Assembly (NCBI GenBank): GCA_003516025.1
Contig: CP023991.1
Coordinates: 210,001 to 242,000 of the forward strand
Length of the DNA stretch: 32,000 nucleotides
Direction: 5' to 3'
Origin: Candidatus Saccharimonadota bacterium
GTDB taxonomy: Bacteria; Patescibacteriota; Saccharimonadia; Saccharimonadales; UBA4665
Part shown: positions 31,050-32,000 of the stretch, in pieces
Numbering within the stretch: the first letter of the stretch is position 1
Layout of the letters: each line of letters begins with the position of its first letter
Notes under the pieces: model-generated
Told to the model about the DNA's origin: nothing
Seen by the model: the letters and a program-made list of their open reading frames with translations, nothing else
The model's database searches: none
Position numbers and translations under genes: made by a program

Positions 31050-32000
31050 ATGCACCATATACCCATTATGGAATCTGAGTCCCTAGATGAGATGTGGTAT
31101 GGCCAGCTTCAGCCAATTATCAAGGGAATTCCGGAAACTTTTACGTTGCTGGAACCAGAACAGGATTATGTACGGCGCGAGCAAACAAAATTTTTTGCCA
31201 GTGACTGTACGCGAAACCCTGATTTATGTCCGCAGCGCCTCGACGAAGCATTCTTAGGCCAGACGCGCGAGCGTCTACAAATGCTGCTAAGCGACATACA
31301 AACACAGGAAACTAACATATTTATCAGGGAAGCGTATGAAAGACATATAACCGAACGTCTGTTGAATATTGACATGGTATTAGCGGCGGCAAAAAATGAC
31401 CATCCGCAGTTCGTTGACGCGAACATCGCGCTCTATGGTTTGCCCTCCAGGGAGATTTTTGGCGCCGCTTGCGACTGGATCCGGCAAGATGTAACAGAGG
31501 CTATGGCGGCGAACTCACGTTTGTTGGAGGCCGGTAATAACGTGCTGGAATTAGTGCCGTCAACGGCAGGTAACGCCGCAGTGCTTATGCCTGACAAGAC
31601 AGTTTTTAACAAAGTGCGCGAGCTGCACGGCCTTCCGGGCGGATATATCGATCAACTGTTTCAAGATGTAATATGGCCGAACACATCAGTCATCACGCCC
31701 GAGACCGGCGCTGCCATAACGCGGCAAGTTATCAAGAATGTGGGTTCACGTTTTCCGGTTTACGAGGCGCCCAACGGATTGTGGTCGGTGTCGCAAAGCC
31801 GAGCTACTGTTACTGCTCCATCCAGCTACAATCTCAGTGTGCCGGCATTCCGTGGTATTCTCGCTCACGAAATTGGCAGCCATCTGCTGGAGTCGGTAAA
31901 CGGTGCGCGCTCGCCTTTGCGGCTGCTGGAAATCGGACTCGACCGCTATGAGTATGGCAATGAAGGCCGCGCGGTATTACGTGAGCAGATAATGTTCGAG
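31050..32000 (+). CDS. HExxH metallopeptidase-like protein (DUF1704 / tyrosine-carboxypeptidase-like), 3'-truncated by the window edge
   Basis: I translated 317 uninterrupted codons by hand from the ATG at 31050 to the window end. It contains HEIGSH and ...YEYGNEGRAVLREQ. It is absent from the ORF track because it has no stop codon in the window. Confidence 0.7.
   Translation, partial: MHHIPIMESESLDEMWYGQLQPIIKGIPETFTLLEPEQDYVRREQTKFFASDCTRNPDLCPQRLDEAFLGQTRERLQMLLSDIQTQETNIFIREAYERHITERLLNIDMVLAAAKNDHPQFVDANIALYGLPSREIFGAACDWIRQDVTEAMAANSRLLEAGNNVLELVPSTAGNAAVLMPDKTVFNKVRELHGLPGGYIDQLFQDVIWPNTSVITPETGAAITRQVIKNVGSRFPVYEAPNGLWSVSQSRATVTAPSSYNLSVPAFRGILAHEIGSHLLESVNGARSPLRLLEIGLDRYEYGNEGRAVLREQIMFE

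Noticed and set aside
1-32000. CRISPR arrays, rRNA genes, IS elements and prophage structural genes
   Set aside because: I saw no regularly spaced direct repeats, no rRNA-like conserved blocks, and no transposase, integrase or capsid-like ORFs on either strand.

Overview
Gene-dense bacterial chromosomal window. Hand-counted sample lines give about 45-55% G+C. I cannot assign a lineage from sequence alone; the sortase/LPXTG pair suggests a monoderm-type envelope. Most of the window is housekeeping. Cell-envelope genes: an XRE-HTH::MurA fusion, MurB, a processive GT2 synthase, UDP-glucose dehydrogenase, a 917-aa secreted CBM/Ig/NodB deacetylase, and a sortase with a 56-aa LPSTG mini-substrate. 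Other metabolism: GlyA, RdgB, a Zn-ADH, NUDIX hydrolases and a flavodoxin-like reductase. There is also an ABC-2 exporter pair and an RNA-metabolism cluster (glycine-rich RRM protein, DEAD-box helicase, Crp/Fnr regulator). Five tRNAs, all on the minus strand and all with encoded CCA: His-GTG, Arg-TCT, Gly-TCC, Arg-CCG, Arg-TCG. No rRNA, CRISPR array, transposase or integrase was found. The most unusual features: (1) a roughly 0.8-kb two-gene cassette (19838-20650) with very high GC and GC3, typical of actinobacterial codon usage, sits behind an AT-rich consensus-like promoter inside a tRNA-Arg-adjacent mosaic region; neither protein matches a family I recognise. (2) A roughly 1.5-kb low-GC insertion carries a PIN-like (DUF4935-type) 461-aa protein, a candidate stand-alone defence nuclease. 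(3) The tiny LPSTG protein plus sortase lie behind a promoter-leader-terminator arrangement. (4) The HTH::MurA fusion has a perfect 20-bp palindrome over its own promoter. (5) One NUDIX gene is broken by a TATG tandem duplication. The provided ORF track misses several small ORFs and a 3'-truncated HExxH gene.
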